A DNA stretch of 59,931 nt, the filler included. It is 5 parts of 5 records of this genome, joined end to end, with 100 filler letters (N's around TTAATTAATTAA, not from the genome) between each part and the next. Parts side by side here need not be neighbours in the genome. Positions count along the whole stretch, not along the records: positions 40,464 to 54,467 come from DRR723986_9943; positions 54,568 to 59,931 come from DRR723986_9945; 3 more parts are not named here. One strand, given 5' to 3'. Each line of letters opens with the position of its first letter. Positions within the stretch are counted from its first letter, which is position 1. The notes beneath the pieces were generated by a model. That model was not told the DNA's origin. It did not search any database and saw only the letters and a list, made by a program, of their open reading frames with translations. The translations under genes and the position numbers were made by a program. Positions 47,952-57,978 of the stretch are shown in pieces.

Positions 47952-49010
47952 ATGGCAGCCCCGCTCGCTAACCTGAAAATTCTGGATTTCAGTACCTTGC
48001 TGCCCGGACCCTACGCCACCATGATGCTCGCCGATATGGGCGCGGAAGTGCTCAGAATTGAAGCTCCGGATCGCGTGGATCTGGCCAAGGTAATGCCACC
48101 TTTTGATGGTAAATTCAGCACGACTTTTTCCTACCTCGGTCGCGGCAAGCAAACCTTGCAACTGAACCTGAAGCAGCCCGAGAGTGTTGAGAGGGTCAAG
48201 CAGCTGGTTCAGGACTACGACATCGTGGTGGAGCAGTTTCGCCCGGGCGTCATGGACCGCCTCGGGATAGGCTATGAGGTACTCAAAGCCATCAATCCCA
48301 AGCTGATTTACTGTGCCATTACGGGCTATGGCCAGACCGGTCCCTACAAGGACAGGGCAGGCCATGATATCAACTATCTTGCTATTTCCGGTGTCGCCAG
48401 CCACTGCGGTCGCGCTGACAACGGTCCACCACCCATGGGCATTCAGATTGCCGACGTGGCCGGAGGCTCCCATCACGCCGTGATGGGCATCCTCGCTGCC
48501 GTCATCAAACGCCAGGAAACCGGAGAGGGCGCCTTTATCGACATCAGCATGACCGATGCCGCCTTCGCCCTGAATGCCATGGCGGGTGCTGCTGCCCTGG
48601 CAGGCGGACAGCCTCAGAGGCCCGAAAGCGGCATGCTCAATGGTGGCACCTTCTACGACTATTACCAGACCAGAGATGGCCGCTGGTTGTCTGTTGGGAG
48701 CCTGGAGCCGCAGTTCTCTTCGCGCTTGTGTGACACGCTTGGGTTGGGCGAACTGAAAAGCTATGCCCTGAGTCAGAAGCCTGAACATCAGCAGGAGTTG
48801 AAAGCCGCTATCAAACAGAAGATCGCGGAGCGTTCACTGGCTGAGTGGCGGGAGGTGTTTGCCGATGTGGATGCCTGTGTAGAGCCGGTATTGACGATTG
48901 AGGAGGCGGCAGAGCATCCGCAGTTGAGGGCGCGGGGAATGTTGGTTGAGAGGGACAGAGGGGATGGGAGCTGTCAGTCGCAGATTGGATTTCCGATCAA
49001 GCTGGAGTAG
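47952..49010 (+). CDS. CaiB/BaiF family III CoA-transferase / acyl-CoA racemase
   Basis: LLPGPYA, LADMGAEV, EQFRPGVMDRLG, GHDINY, IADVAGG; AGGAG RBS before ATG 47952. Confidence 0.92.
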   Translation: MAAPLANLKILDFSTLLPGPYATMMLADMGAEVLRIEAPDRVDLAKVMPPFDGKFSTTFSYLGRGKQTLQLNLKQPESVERVKQLVQDYDIVVEQFRPGVMDRLGIGYEVLKAINPKLIYCAITGYGQTGPYKDRAGHDINYLAISGVASHCGRADNGPPPMGIQIADVAGGSHHAVMGILAAVIKRQETGEGAFIDISMTDAAFALNAMAGAAALAGGQPQRPESGMLNGGTFYDYYQTRDGRWLSVGSLEPQFSSRLCDTLGLGELKSYALSQKPEHQQELKAAIKQKIAERSLAEWREVFADVDACVEPVLTIEEAAEHPQLRARGMLVERDRGDGSCQSQIGFPIKLE

Positions 49011-49190
49011 CTGTCGTCAGAAGCTCTTCGAACACAAGTAATGCACGAGGCTGACAACAATCAGCATCAGAATAAAAATATAACGTGAATTACTGTTCAG
49101 TTTTATCTGGCCGAAAAGGAGGTCTCTGCTAGCTTTATTAGAGTCACCGTGAGCGGTGAAAACGTAGTGAACAAATACAAGGAATACACT

Positions 49191-51860
49191 ATGAAACTCT
49201 GGAATCTCCCCATGGGCAGGCAAGCTTTCAGTGTCGGGCTTACGCTGCTCAGCAGTATATTGTTGGTGGGCTGTTTTGACAGTGACAATGATTCTTCCAG
49301 CTCGCAGCAGGCGGAAGTAGATCCTTATGTTTCTCCGGCTGATGGTCGGCTTGAAGCATCTATTCGGCGTACCACCGGCGGCGTACCCCATATCGTCGCG
49401 GACGATCTGAAATCTGCCGCATTCGGGCATGGCTATGTTCAGGCGCAGGATAACGTCTGTTTGCTCGCTGAGGCGATTGTCAAAGCCCGAAGTGAGAGAT
49501 CAAAGTACTTTGGGCCCGGAATGGACGCAGGTTTTGGTATTGGCATCAACATAGTTAATGATTTCAGCTATAAGGCCCAAAGAATCTATTCGGGAGCTCA
49601 GGCCGAACTCCCCACTCTAAGTGCTGAGAGCTTTGCGCTGATTGAAGGTTTTACAGAAGGCTATAACCGCTATATCAATGAAACCGATGCTTCTGAACTT
49701 CCGGCAGAGTGTGCTAACCAGGATTGGGTTAAACCGATAACGCCGGTGGATCTGCTGGCACATTATCGGATCGTTGGGCAGTATGCGAGTGGCGCGCTCT
49801 TCGCAACCGGAGCGGTTTTCCTGGCGGTTCCTCCCGGTGAGAGTCCAGTTCCTACACACGCAAATTCGGTTGCCAGTCTTGAGGAAGTGAGCGATCTGCT
49901 AGAGGACGTCGTGACGACTGCGAGGGCGGGTGCCAGGTCGCACACCAATTTTTCTGATATGGGACTTGCCAGCAATGCATGGGGTATAGGGAGTGCTATG
50001 ACCGAGCAAGGGCGCGGTGCTCTGCTGGCAAACCCCCACTTCCCATACACGGGGCACCGGCGCCTATATGAAGTCCAGATGACCGTGCCGGGCTATTTGA
50101 ATGTTCATGGAGCTGGACTGCTCGGCACTGCTATTCCGCTGATTAGCTTTAACGACAATCTTGCGTGGTCCCATACGGTAACAACGAGCCGACGGTTTAC
50201 CTGGTATGAGCTGGTTCTGAAAGACGGTGATTTTCTCTCTTATGTGAAAGATGGTGTCGAGAATCCAATAACAACCGAGACGTTCCAGATTGAAGTTGAC
50301 ATGGGGGCGCCAGAGCCACTGGTACTTGAGAGAACCTTCTATTTCTCCGAGTACGGGCCGATGCTTGCAGCCAATGCAGTTAGTAACCAGTTGCCCGGGT
50401 GGGGGGACAATGGGGCGCTCAATACATCATCTGTTGTGGCTTATACCTACCGTGATGCTAATGCGAACACAGGTGGCCTTTTGGACACGTGGCTGCAGAT
50501 GAGTCGCGCAAGCAATCTGGAAGAGTTCAAAAGTGTCTTTCGAAATTGCGGTTCGACACTGTGGACCAACACGACTTATGCCGATGATCAGGGCAATGCA
50601 TTCTACATAGACAGTAGTTCGGTGCCTAATCTCTCAGACAAAGCAATCGCATTGATCAATTTCCGTCGTGCCGGCAGCGCGTCGTATGCCGGCTTGTTTG
50701 ATCAGGGCGTCACGCTACTTGACGGAAGACTCTCACAGGAGGACTGGGTAGAAACCGAATGCGGTCCCCTCGTCCCCTACGAGCAAAAGCCGATGCTGGT
50801 TCGCTCTGACTGGGTACAGAACTCGAATAGTAGTTTCTGGTCAACCAATCCTGATGAATTTCTCACCGGCTACTCACCGCTTTTCGGTGACGAAAAGGCG
50901 CCCATAAATCCTCGAACCCGTCTGGGCATAAAAATGCTTCAGAATCCGATGGATCCGGGCGTACCTGATGCGCCGGCACCTGCGGGGCAGGATGGCAAGT
51001 TCAGTGCAAAAGAACTCATTGGTGTCATCTGGAACAATCGGGCATGGTATGCCGAGCAGTTTTTGCCAGAGCTGCTTGAGCGTTGTGATGCGATTGGTAG
51101 CACTCCTGTAAACGGTGTCAACCTGTCATCTTGGTGCCAGTCTTTGAGTGACTGGGATCGCCTTTACAATCTGGATAGCGTAGGGGCTCATATTTTTCGC
51201 GTTTTTATGGCTAACTATATGGATGACTTGAGCGAGGATCTAACTACTCCCTTTAGTCCAGCAGACCCGGTAGGAACGCCTGCAGATCCCTCCGATATCA
51301 ATGCGGGAACAGCCAGCGACACCATGTTGATATCCTTGGCAAATGGCGTATCTGACCTCGAATCCCAAGGGATTGCGCCGACTGATGCATTGGGTGGTCT
51401 GCAATACTACCGCGCTTCTGGTGGCGTGGTTCCGGGGTCAGGTGGTACGCCGATCTTCCAAACTCAGCCGATTCCATGGCATGGTGGCGATGGGAACGTT
51501 GATGGTGCGTTCAACGCGATTGGAGTGGTTGCAGATTCCTTTTCAGAGGATACACGATTCCCGAGGGTCGCCCCATCGATCATCCCAAATACAGCTGGTT
51601 TGTCAGATGGCTCAAATGGAGTTGACGGTTGGCTGATGTCACGGGGAACCAGTTGGCACTTTGGTCTGGAGTTTACCGATAACGGCCCGGAGGCATACGG
51701 ATTGGTGAGTTATTCCCAGTCTACCGACGCAATGTCGCCATTCTTCAGTGACCAAAGTGAGCAATATTCTGACAAACAGTATCGTCCCTTATTTTTCACT
51801 GAGGAAGACATACAGGCAAATGTTCTGCCGCAGGGCGAGATGGTTATTTCGAACGACTAA
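49191..51860 (+). CDS. Penicillin-acylase family (peptidase S45) Ntn-hydrolase lipoprotein, PvdQ/AHL-acylase-like
   Basis: Lipobox LVGC; GVPHI, GYVQAQDN, A|SNAW beta-subunit nucleophile, LLANPHFP, WSHTV, QNSN, YSQS. Confidence 0.9.
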   Translation: MKLWNLPMGRQAFSVGLTLLSSILLVGCFDSDNDSSSSQQAEVDPYVSPADGRLEASIRRTTGGVPHIVADDLKSAAFGHGYVQAQDNVCLLAEAIVKARSERSKYFGPGMDAGFGIGINIVNDFSYKAQRIYSGAQAELPTLSAESFALIEGFTEGYNRYINETDASELPAECANQDWVKPITPVDLLAHYRIVGQYASGALFATGAVFLAVPPGESPVPTHANSVASLEEVSDLLEDVVTTARAGARSHTNFSDMGLASNAWGIGSAMTEQGRGALLANPHFPYTGHRRLYEVQMTVPGYLNVHGAGLLGTAIPLISFNDNLAWSHTVTTSRRFTWYELVLKDGDFLSYVKDGVENPITTETFQIEVDMGAPEPLVLERTFYFSEYGPMLAANAVSNQLPGWGDNGALNTSSVVAYTYRDANANTGGLLDTWLQMSRASNLEEFKSVFRNCGSTLWTNTTYADDQGNAFYIDSSSVPNLSDKAIALINFRRAGSASYAGLFDQGVTLLDGRLSQEDWVETECGPLVPYEQKPMLVRSDWVQNSNSSFWSTNPDEFLTGYSPLFGDEKAPINPRTRLGIKMLQNPMDPGVPDAPAPAGQDGKFSAKELIGVIWNNRAWYAEQFLPELLERCDAIGSTPVNGVNLSSWCQSLSDWDRLYNLDSVGAHIFRVFMANYMDDLSEDLTTPFSPADPVGTPADPSDINAGTASDTMLISLANGVSDLESQGIAPTDALGGLQYYRASGGVVPGSGGTPIFQTQPIPWHGGDGNVDGAFNAIGVVADSFSEDTRFPRVAPSIIPNTAGLSDGSNGVDGWLMSRGTSWHFGLEFTDNGPEAYGLVSYSQSTDAMSPFFSDQSEQYSDKQYRPLFFTEEDIQANVLPQGEMVISND

Positions 51861-51878
51861 TCTGTTGGCTGGTCAAGG

Positions 51879-51911
51879 AAAAGGGCCGCCCTGTGAAGGG
51901 CAGCCCTTTTT
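51879..51911 (+). terminator. Rho-independent terminator of the acylase gene
   Basis: AAAAGGGCCGCCCT-GTGA-AGGGCAGCCCTTTTT. Confidence 0.85.
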
Positions 51912-51994
51912 CATTATTTGGAGCCTGCGGCGCCTATTCCCAGCGTCAATCAATGTGCTGCCGTCAAAGTGTGCCTAATGGAGTGAACTTCATG

Positions 51995-52022
51995 AAAAAG
52001 CCCCGCACGAGGCGGGGCTTTT
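51995..52022 (-). terminator. Rho-independent (possibly bidirectional) terminator of the lipase gene
   Basis: AAAAAGCCCCGC-ACGAG-GCGGGGCTTTT. Confidence 0.85.
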
Positions 52023-52040
52023 AGTAAGAGCTTTGCGGCC

Positions 52041-54467
52041 TTAAGGTGCCTGAAGCTCATCTTGGTCCAGTGAACTTTCCAGGGTAGTGCTGCTCCCCAG
52101 AGAACCTCCGATAGCTGGAACGGAGGATCCTGGTACTGGCTGTCCGCTCAGGGCTTGGGCCGTCTGGATCAGCATGGCGCTGAATGCGACGCTGGTATCT
52201 GCGGCGCCTCCGGGACAGTTTTCCTCGGGGGCGACGGGGGCAATAAATGTCCCATGATTAGCATCCGCACACGGATTGGTTCCCGCGAAGAAGCTAGCTA
52301 CCGGCATAGTGCTGCCCGCAGAAGTCTCCGAGTCAATAATAGAGATACCTTCTGTACCATCCGACAGACGGCTGCCTCCAGCTCCCAGGTCAACAAGAGC
52401 CATCATAGGCTCTGTACCGGCAAGAGGTGCAGAGAAAGCGCTACCAAGAGGGTTCTCGTTAGCTTCATTTGGAACCGTAGTATCCCCGACAACTTCCGTC
52501 AGCAAGATGTTTCCGGTGCTGTTGCCGAGGGACTGGGCAAAGCTCACAGGATCGCCTGCATCAGTCATGGACTGGAAGACGTAGAAGAAGTTCTCGAAAT
52601 TAGAGGATCCCTGGGTTGCGCCAGCTGCCGCAAGGCCTGGAAGAATGCGACCCGAAATGCTCGGAGAGTTCTCGATCAATCGTGTCACCTGACCACCCGT
52701 GTTGTGCAGAACAACAGAGTTCAGACTCGGGAAGGTGAATGAACTCAGCGGTGCTCCAGCCTGGGCATAGGTGCCGTTGAGAGTTGCGTTGAGAGTGGCA
52801 TCGTTGGCCAAAGCGGCAAAAACAGTTCCCGAGATGCCGCCGAGCGAGTGACCGATGAAGTTCACCGGAACCCCGGCCAGGTCACCCTGGGTTGCCGGAT
52901 TCCCGTCAATGTCAAAGGTCTGGATGGAGGCGGCAACGTTCAATAGATCCACCACACCCTGACGCAAGTTGTCCCGACTGTTCATCATGTTCAATGGGTT
53001 GATAAACAGGCTGCCAGACGAAATGTCGGTAAGGTTTGCGGCGACTGGTTCTAGCGAAGCATTAGCCGTGTAGCCAAAGTGCCGCTCGCCAATATAATCC
53101 GCTGAAACCAGAGCGTTTAGTTGGGCAATCAGCGGAGTCAGTGCTGGGTTATTCTGTGCTTCCAGTGCCTGGATGGTACCGTTAACCGTTGCAGTGAGAG
53201 TACCTTCGTCCAAGGCGCTCAGACCGGGTACAGTTCCTGTAGTGGCTCCGGCCAGACCGTGAAGCGGCTGGTCGATGGCGATCACCGCCTGGCAGGCACT
53301 CTGGGCCAGGACAATGCCTGGAAGCATTGCCACGCTCCGGTCGACGGTGATGCCATGTTGCAGGATAGTCACACCGTTCGGTTTGTTGGCATCTACACAG
53401 GCTTGAGGCCGTGAATCAGTCGATGGGTTGAAGATGACGACCGGTACCGTTGTATCCGCTGTCTTCTGTGGGAACGGGAAATAGCCGTTGACGTTCAGAG
53501 TACCATCAGTATCGCGGAGGAAACTGAATACTGGATCTCCCGGGCTCAGGCTCTCATTAAGATCGGATTCAAGGCTGGTGCTGCCGCTCCAGCTTCCAGT
53601 GACAATGCCGTCTCCAGTTTCACCTGGCAGGTGTTGGTAGTAGGGGAGTGTAATGGCGCCCTGATGGACCTGCACCTGTGTGGCTGCCTGGGCAATGCTG
53701 TTCTGTGCTCCAAGGCCCTGGATTGTTGCCAGATCAGCCGCCTCGCTTTTCTGGAAAAAGAAAGATGGGCGTGGCACCGGGAGGTGAAGGCTGTCACCTA
53801 TTTCACCGGCGATCGCATTTCCGATTGCGGAAGGCGTCGTCGCCGCCTGCGCTGTGCCGAGATCTGAAATGGCTGTAAGCTGTTGACTAGTCAGAGAGCT
53901 TGGGTCAACCGTGCCTCCCTGAAGCCCAGCAGCTAATTCACGAAGCTCTGCCAATTTTGCTGTGAGCTGGGAAAAATTCAGGCTGGGATAGTTATCGCGC
54001 ACGGCTTTCAGTAGCGCGGTAAATCCAACTTTTTGACCAAGGGCCGCACCGAAAGAGGCCGGCGACATCATTGCCCGCAGGACGTCGGTATCTGAATTGG
54101 TGGTGAAGGTGTATGCCAGAGCGGATTTTGGGGTGTTCTCAGGAACGGCTGAAGCCAAAAAACCATTGGCTAGCTGGTTAGATGCCTGCAGCAGACTCTT
54201 CACATTACCCAGGGCAGGGTTGCCAAGCACACCATCGGCAAGATTTACGTCCTGAATCGAGCGTTCAATTGGTTTGCCATTAGCGCCGCGGATGTCGTTG
54301 GTGGCAATCACCAGGTACTTCTGGCCTTCCTCAAGAGGTTCCAGTGGCACAACGCGAATTGCGTTGTCCGTGCCGCCATCGATGTCAACAACATCCGCCC
54401 GGAATTTGGGAGTCAGTGCCAGATTGAAAGGATTGGCCGAGTCGATGCCTGTGGGATTGGTGTTTGG
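52041..54467 (-). CDS. Pla-1/VolA-type extracellular lipase/phospholipase, 5'-truncated
   Basis: Frame open to the contig edge; QHGIT, AIDQPLHG, FINP..RDNLRQ, GHSLGG nucleophile, GDTTVPN, HGT. Confidence 0.85.
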   Translation of the reverse strand, partial: PNTNPTGIDSANPFNLALTPKFRADVVDIDGGTDNAIRVVPLEPLEEGQKYLVIATNDIRGANGKPIERSIQDVNLADGVLGNPALGNVKSLLQASNQLANGFLASAVPENTPKSALAYTFTTNSDTDVLRAMMSPASFGAALGQKVGFTALLKAVRDNYPSLNFSQLTAKLAELRELAAGLQGGTVDPSSLTSQQLTAISDLGTAQAATTPSAIGNAIAGEIGDSLHLPVPRPSFFFQKSEAADLATIQGLGAQNSIAQAATQVQVHQGAITLPYYQHLPGETGDGIVTGSWSGSTSLESDLNESLSPGDPVFSFLRDTDGTLNVNGYFPFPQKTADTTVPVVIFNPSTDSRPQACVDANKPNGVTILQHGITVDRSVAMLPGIVLAQSACQAVIAIDQPLHGLAGATTGTVPGLSALDEGTLTATVNGTIQALEAQNNPALTPLIAQLNALVSADYIGERHFGYTANASLEPVAANLTDISSGSLFINPLNMMNSRDNLRQGVVDLLNVAASIQTFDIDGNPATQGDLAGVPVNFIGHSLGGISGTVFAALANDATLNATLNGTYAQAGAPLSSFTFPSLNSVVLHNTGGQVTRLIENSPSISGRILPGLAAAGATQGSSNFENFFYVFQSMTDAGDPVSFAQSLGNSTGNILLTEVVGDTTVPNEANENPLGSAFSAPLAGTEPMMALVDLGAGGSRLSDGTEGISIIDSETSAGSTMPVASFFAGTNPCADANHGTFIAPVAPEENCPGGAADTSVAFSAMLIQTAQALSGQPVPGSSVPAIGGSLGSSTTLESSLDQDELQAP

Positions 54468-54567
54468 NNNNNNNNNNNNNNNNNNNNNNNNNNNNNNNNN
54501 NNNNNNNNNNNTTAATTAATTAANNNNNNNNNNNNNNNNNNNNNNNNNNNNNNNNNNNNNNNNNNNN
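54468..54567. other. Artificial contig spacer
   Basis: N44-TTAATTAATTAA-N44. Confidence 0.98.
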
Positions 54568-54568
54568 G

Positions 54569-55648
54569 CCGGACAAGGCCATCGACGTGATCGACGAAGC
54601 CGGTGCACGGCAGCGGCTGCAGCCGGAAGACAAGCGCAAGAAGACCATTGACGTGACCGACATCGAAGACGTGGTCGCCAATATTGCGCGAATTCCGCCG
54701 AAGAATGTTTCCACCAGCGACAAGGATCTGCTGCGCAATCTTGAACGCGATCTGAAAATGGTGGTGTTCGGTCAGGATCCGGCGATCGAATCCCTGTCAA
54801 CCGCCATCAAGCTGGCGCGGGCAGGCCTGAAAGCGCCTGAGAAGCCGGAAGGTGCCTTCCTGTTTGCTGGGCCGACCGGTGTCGGTAAAACGGAAGTCAC
54901 CAAGCAACTGGCGAAGGTGCTGGGCATCGAGCTTGTTCGCTTCGATATGTCAGAGTACATGGAGCGTCATACTGTCTCACGCCTGATTGGTGCACCTCCG
55001 GGCTATGTCGGCTATGACCAGGGCGGCCTGCTGACCGAAGCGGTCAACAAGCATCCGCACTGCGTGTTGCTGCTGGATGAGATCGAGAAGGCGCATCCTG
55101 AAGTCTTCAACCTGCTGCTGCAGGTGATGGACCACGGTACCCTGACGGATAACAATGGCCGTAAGGCGGATTTCCGCCACGTGATTCTGGTGATGACCAC
55201 CAACGCGGGCGCTGAAAGCATGGCCCGCCGCTCGATCGGCTTCAATGAGCAGGATCACAGCACCGACGGCATGGAGGTGATCAGCAAAACCTTCACGCCG
55301 GAGTTCCGCAATCGACTGGATGGCATTATCCAGTTCGCCGATCTGCAGAAGGACACCATCACTCACGTGGTGGACAAGTTCCTCACCGAGCTTCAGGCTC
55401 AGCTGGACGAGAAGCATGTTGTGCTTCACGTTGATGATGCGGCCAAGCTCTGGCTGGCGGAGAAAGGTTACGACGTAACCATGGGTGCCCGACCGATGGC
55501 GCGGCTGATCCAGGACAAGATCAAGCGCCCGCTGGCGGAACAGATCCTGTTCGGTCGGTTATCGGAGCACGGCGGTGATGTATTCATTCAGCTCAAGGAC
55601 GACGAGCTGACCTTTGATTATGAGGACGAGCCGGCCGAGGCGGTCTGA
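54569..55648 (+). CDS. clpA: ATP-dependent Clp protease ATP-binding subunit, C-terminal part
   Basis: PDKAIDVIDEAGA, no ClpB middle domain, GPTGVGKTE, RFDMSEYMERHTVSRLIGAPPGYVG, MGARPM. Confidence 0.93.
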   Translation, partial: PDKAIDVIDEAGARQRLQPEDKRKKTIDVTDIEDVVANIARIPPKNVSTSDKDLLRNLERDLKMVVFGQDPAIESLSTAIKLARAGLKAPEKPEGAFLFAGPTGVGKTEVTKQLAKVLGIELVRFDMSEYMERHTVSRLIGAPPGYVGYDQGGLLTEAVNKHPHCVLLLDEIEKAHPEVFNLLLQVMDHGTLTDNNGRKADFRHVILVMTTNAGAESMARRSIGFNEQDHSTDGMEVISKTFTPEFRNRLDGIIQFADLQKDTITHVVDKFLTELQAQLDEKHVVLHVDDAAKLWLAEKGYDVTMGARPMARLIQDKIKRPLAEQILFGRLSEHGGDVFIQLKDDELTFDYEDEPAEAV

Positions 55649-55669
55649 CCTCACCGAACCTTATGGAAC

Positions 55670-55702
55670 CGCTGGCCGGGCCACCCGTCCAGCGTTTTTT
55701 TT
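55670..55702 (+). terminator. Rho-independent terminator of clpA
   Basis: CGCTGG..GGG-CCA-CCC..CCAGCG stem followed by T8. Confidence 0.75.
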
Positions 55703-55828
55703 GTGTCCGATCGTTCCTAGCCCTGAATACCCGTTGGCCATATTCTGCATAAAACATTGGCGGAACCGTCAATTCATTGGTCGTGAACATCTGTCATTTT
55801 TGTAGGTGTCCGCGGCCCGACTCGCGGT

Positions 55829-56902
55829 ATGCAAACAACAATAAGGATGCAGCCGTTGATGACTAAGAATATCCCTTCAATTTTTGCGTTATTGGCCTTT
55901 GTTTCTATTGCTGTGGCAAGTCCTGCAAAAGCCTCAACTGGCCCCAAAGCGTTCTGCGTGTTTGATGTTGCCGGGGCCGGCGGATTTGTTTACCAGTTGC
56001 TTCGGGAGTATCAGCGAAGTGCACTTCAGAACAGAGTGCTTCTGAACATGCAGCCCTATACCGATGAAGATGCGGCGGTCAGGGATTTTCGAGAAGGCCG
56101 CTGTGATCTCGTTGCCGTAACCGATATGGGAGCCCGGAACTTTAACGATTTTACCGGCTCGATCAGCGCAATCGGTGCCATACCATACTACGAAGATCTT
56201 CGGGTTCTGTTGTACGGCCTGTCGCGACCAAGGCTCGAACCTTATTTAACGCAGAATGGCTATCAAATGCTTGGAGTGGCGCCAATGGGCGCTGCTTATC
56301 TATTCGTGAAAGACAGGGCGATTGATCATGTCGATGCACTCAAGGGCAAGCGTTTCAGTGTTTTCCAGGGACATCACGATGCCCGCCATATGGTGAGTTT
56401 CGTTGGTGCTGAGTCGGTTGAGGCCAAAATTTCCAATTTTGCCAATCTGTTCAATTCCGGCGCGGTGGACATCAGTTATGCACCCGCGGCGGCGTGGGAG
56501 GTGTTGGAGATGTTTCGCGGCGCAGGTGAAAACGGGGGAATAGTTCGTTATCCGGTTGGTCAGGTGACAGTTCAGCTCTTTGCCAGGGAAGGAACCTTTA
56601 CCGACGGCTTTGTTCGTGATTCCCGAAAGACGATGGCCCGTTTGTATCCCGAAGCCATCCGGATCATCCGCCAGTTCGAAGAGCGTGTCCCTGAGGACAG
56701 GTGGATCGATATAGCTGCCAAAGATAAGCGGGATTATCAGGAAATGCTCAGGCAGGTCCGGCTGGATCTGTTGTCTTCATCGGACCCGGAATCCCGGTTA
56801 GCGGCCGCGGTGTATCACGAGGACATGATGACCATCCTGAGAAAAATCCGCTGCTACACGAACCCCGGGGGTCGTGAGTGCTCGGATCAGAACCGCGAAT
56901 AA
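55829..56902 (+). CDS. Putative solute-binding protein (DUF6091/AdeT-like, DctP-like fold)
   Basis: Signal peptide; FCVFD.AG..G, YTDE..A..DF..G.CD, GAAYLFVKDR, C-terminal RC....EC. Confidence 0.75.
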   Translation: MQTTIRMQPLMTKNIPSIFALLAFVSIAVASPAKASTGPKAFCVFDVAGAGGFVYQLLREYQRSALQNRVLLNMQPYTDEDAAVRDFREGRCDLVAVTDMGARNFNDFTGSISAIGAIPYYEDLRVLLYGLSRPRLEPYLTQNGYQMLGVAPMGAAYLFVKDRAIDHVDALKGKRFSVFQGHHDARHMVSFVGAESVEAKISNFANLFNSGAVDISYAPAAAWEVLEMFRGAGENGGIVRYPVGQVTVQLFAREGTFTDGFVRDSRKTMARLYPEAIRIIRQFEERVPEDRWIDIAAKDKRDYQEMLRQVRLDLLSSSDPESRLAAAVYHEDMMTILRKIRCYTNPGGRECSDQNRE

Positions 56903-56917
56903 CGGATGGTATTAATC

Positions 56918-56945
56918 AAAAAAGCCCCGCATTTGCGGGGCTTTT
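56918..56945. terminator. Bidirectional Rho-independent terminator
   Basis: AAAAAAGCCCCGCA-TT-TGCGGGGCTTTT between convergent genes. Confidence 0.85.
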
Positions 56946-56964
56946 CAGATGTCAGCCTGGCCGA

Positions 56965-57183
56965 TTAACGGGCGCGGTAAACGATGCGGCCCTTGCTGAG
57001 GTCGTAGGGAGTTAGCTCAACCTTGACCTTGTCACCAGTCAGAATGCGGATGTAGTTCTTGCGCATTTTTCCGGAGATGTGTGCAGTCACAACGTGGCCG
57101 TTGGACAGCTCAACGCGGAACATGGTGTTGGGAAGGGTGTCGATGATAACGCCTTCCATTTCAATGACATCTGATTTCGCCAT
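56965..57183 (-). CDS. infA: Translation initiation factor IF-1
   Basis: [42 protein letters not shown]. Confidence 0.98.
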   Translation of the reverse strand: MAKSDVIEMEGVIIDTLPNTMFRVELSNGHVVTAHISGKMRKNYIRILTGDKVKVELTPYDLSKGRIVYRAR

Positions 57184-57264
57184 TCAGTAGAAACCTCGTT
57201 CGGAATACTTTTCGGTGATTTTAAATTGCGCAATTCTGCCTGAATTCTCCACGTTTGGCAAAAC

Positions 57265-57978
57265 TCAGTCGGTCGACATCTCGCGCCAGTGGCCATCCCG
57301 CAAGGCCTCAATGGGCTTAAATCGGGTTTTATAGTTCATTTTCCGACATTCGTTTATCCAGTACCCCAGATACAGATGCGGCAATTCCCGCCGTTTGGCT
57401 TCCTCAATCTGCCAGAGCACTGCGAAAGTGCCCAGGCTCCGGTACTCCAGTTCCGGCGCGAAGACGGTGTAGATGGCCGAGAGGCCATCATCCAGCAGGT
57501 CGACGGCTGCCAGTCCGACGAGGTCACCATCAAGAGACATTTCGAGGAACCAGGAGTCGGTAGCCCCCTCCACGAGGAACGAGGTAAATTGTTCTCTTGA
57601 AGGTGGATACATGTCACCGTCGCGATGACGCTCCTCTATATAGTGGGCATACAGCCGGTAATAGCGTTCACTGAATGCTGCTGGCACCAGCTTGCAGTCG
57701 AGGTCGGCATTTTTGCGAAGCACCCGGCGTTGATTCCGGTCTGGCTCGAATTGGCCAACCTGCAGGCGCACCGGAACACAGGCGTTGCAGCTTTCGCAGT
57801 GCGGACGGTAGTAATGTGAGCCGCTGCGACGGAAGCCCAGTGCGGTTAACTGGCTGTAGAGCTTTCTGTCGATGTGGGCGCGAGGGTCCACAAACATGGT
57901 GGTCGCTTCACGGTCTGGCAGGTAACTGCAATCGTGAGGAGGGGTGGCAAAGAAAACGAGCGTTCTGAGATTACTCAT
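57265..57978 (-). CDS. bpt: Aspartate/glutamate leucyltransferase (Bpt, ATE-like)
   Basis: HDCSYL, GFRRSG..YRPHCESC..C, LSAIYT, YLGYWI..CRKMNYK; ATGA overlap with aat. Confidence 0.88.
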   Translation of the reverse strand: MSNLRTLVFFATPPHDCSYLPDREATTMFVDPRAHIDRKLYSQLTALGFRRSGSHYYRPHCESCNACVPVRLQVGQFEPDRNQRRVLRKNADLDCKLVPAAFSERYYRLYAHYIEERHRDGDMYPPSREQFTSFLVEGATDSWFLEMSLDGDLVGLAAVDLLDDGLSAIYTVFAPELEYRSLGTFAVLWQIEEAKRRELPHLYLGYWINECRKMNYKTRFKPIEALRDGHWREMSTD

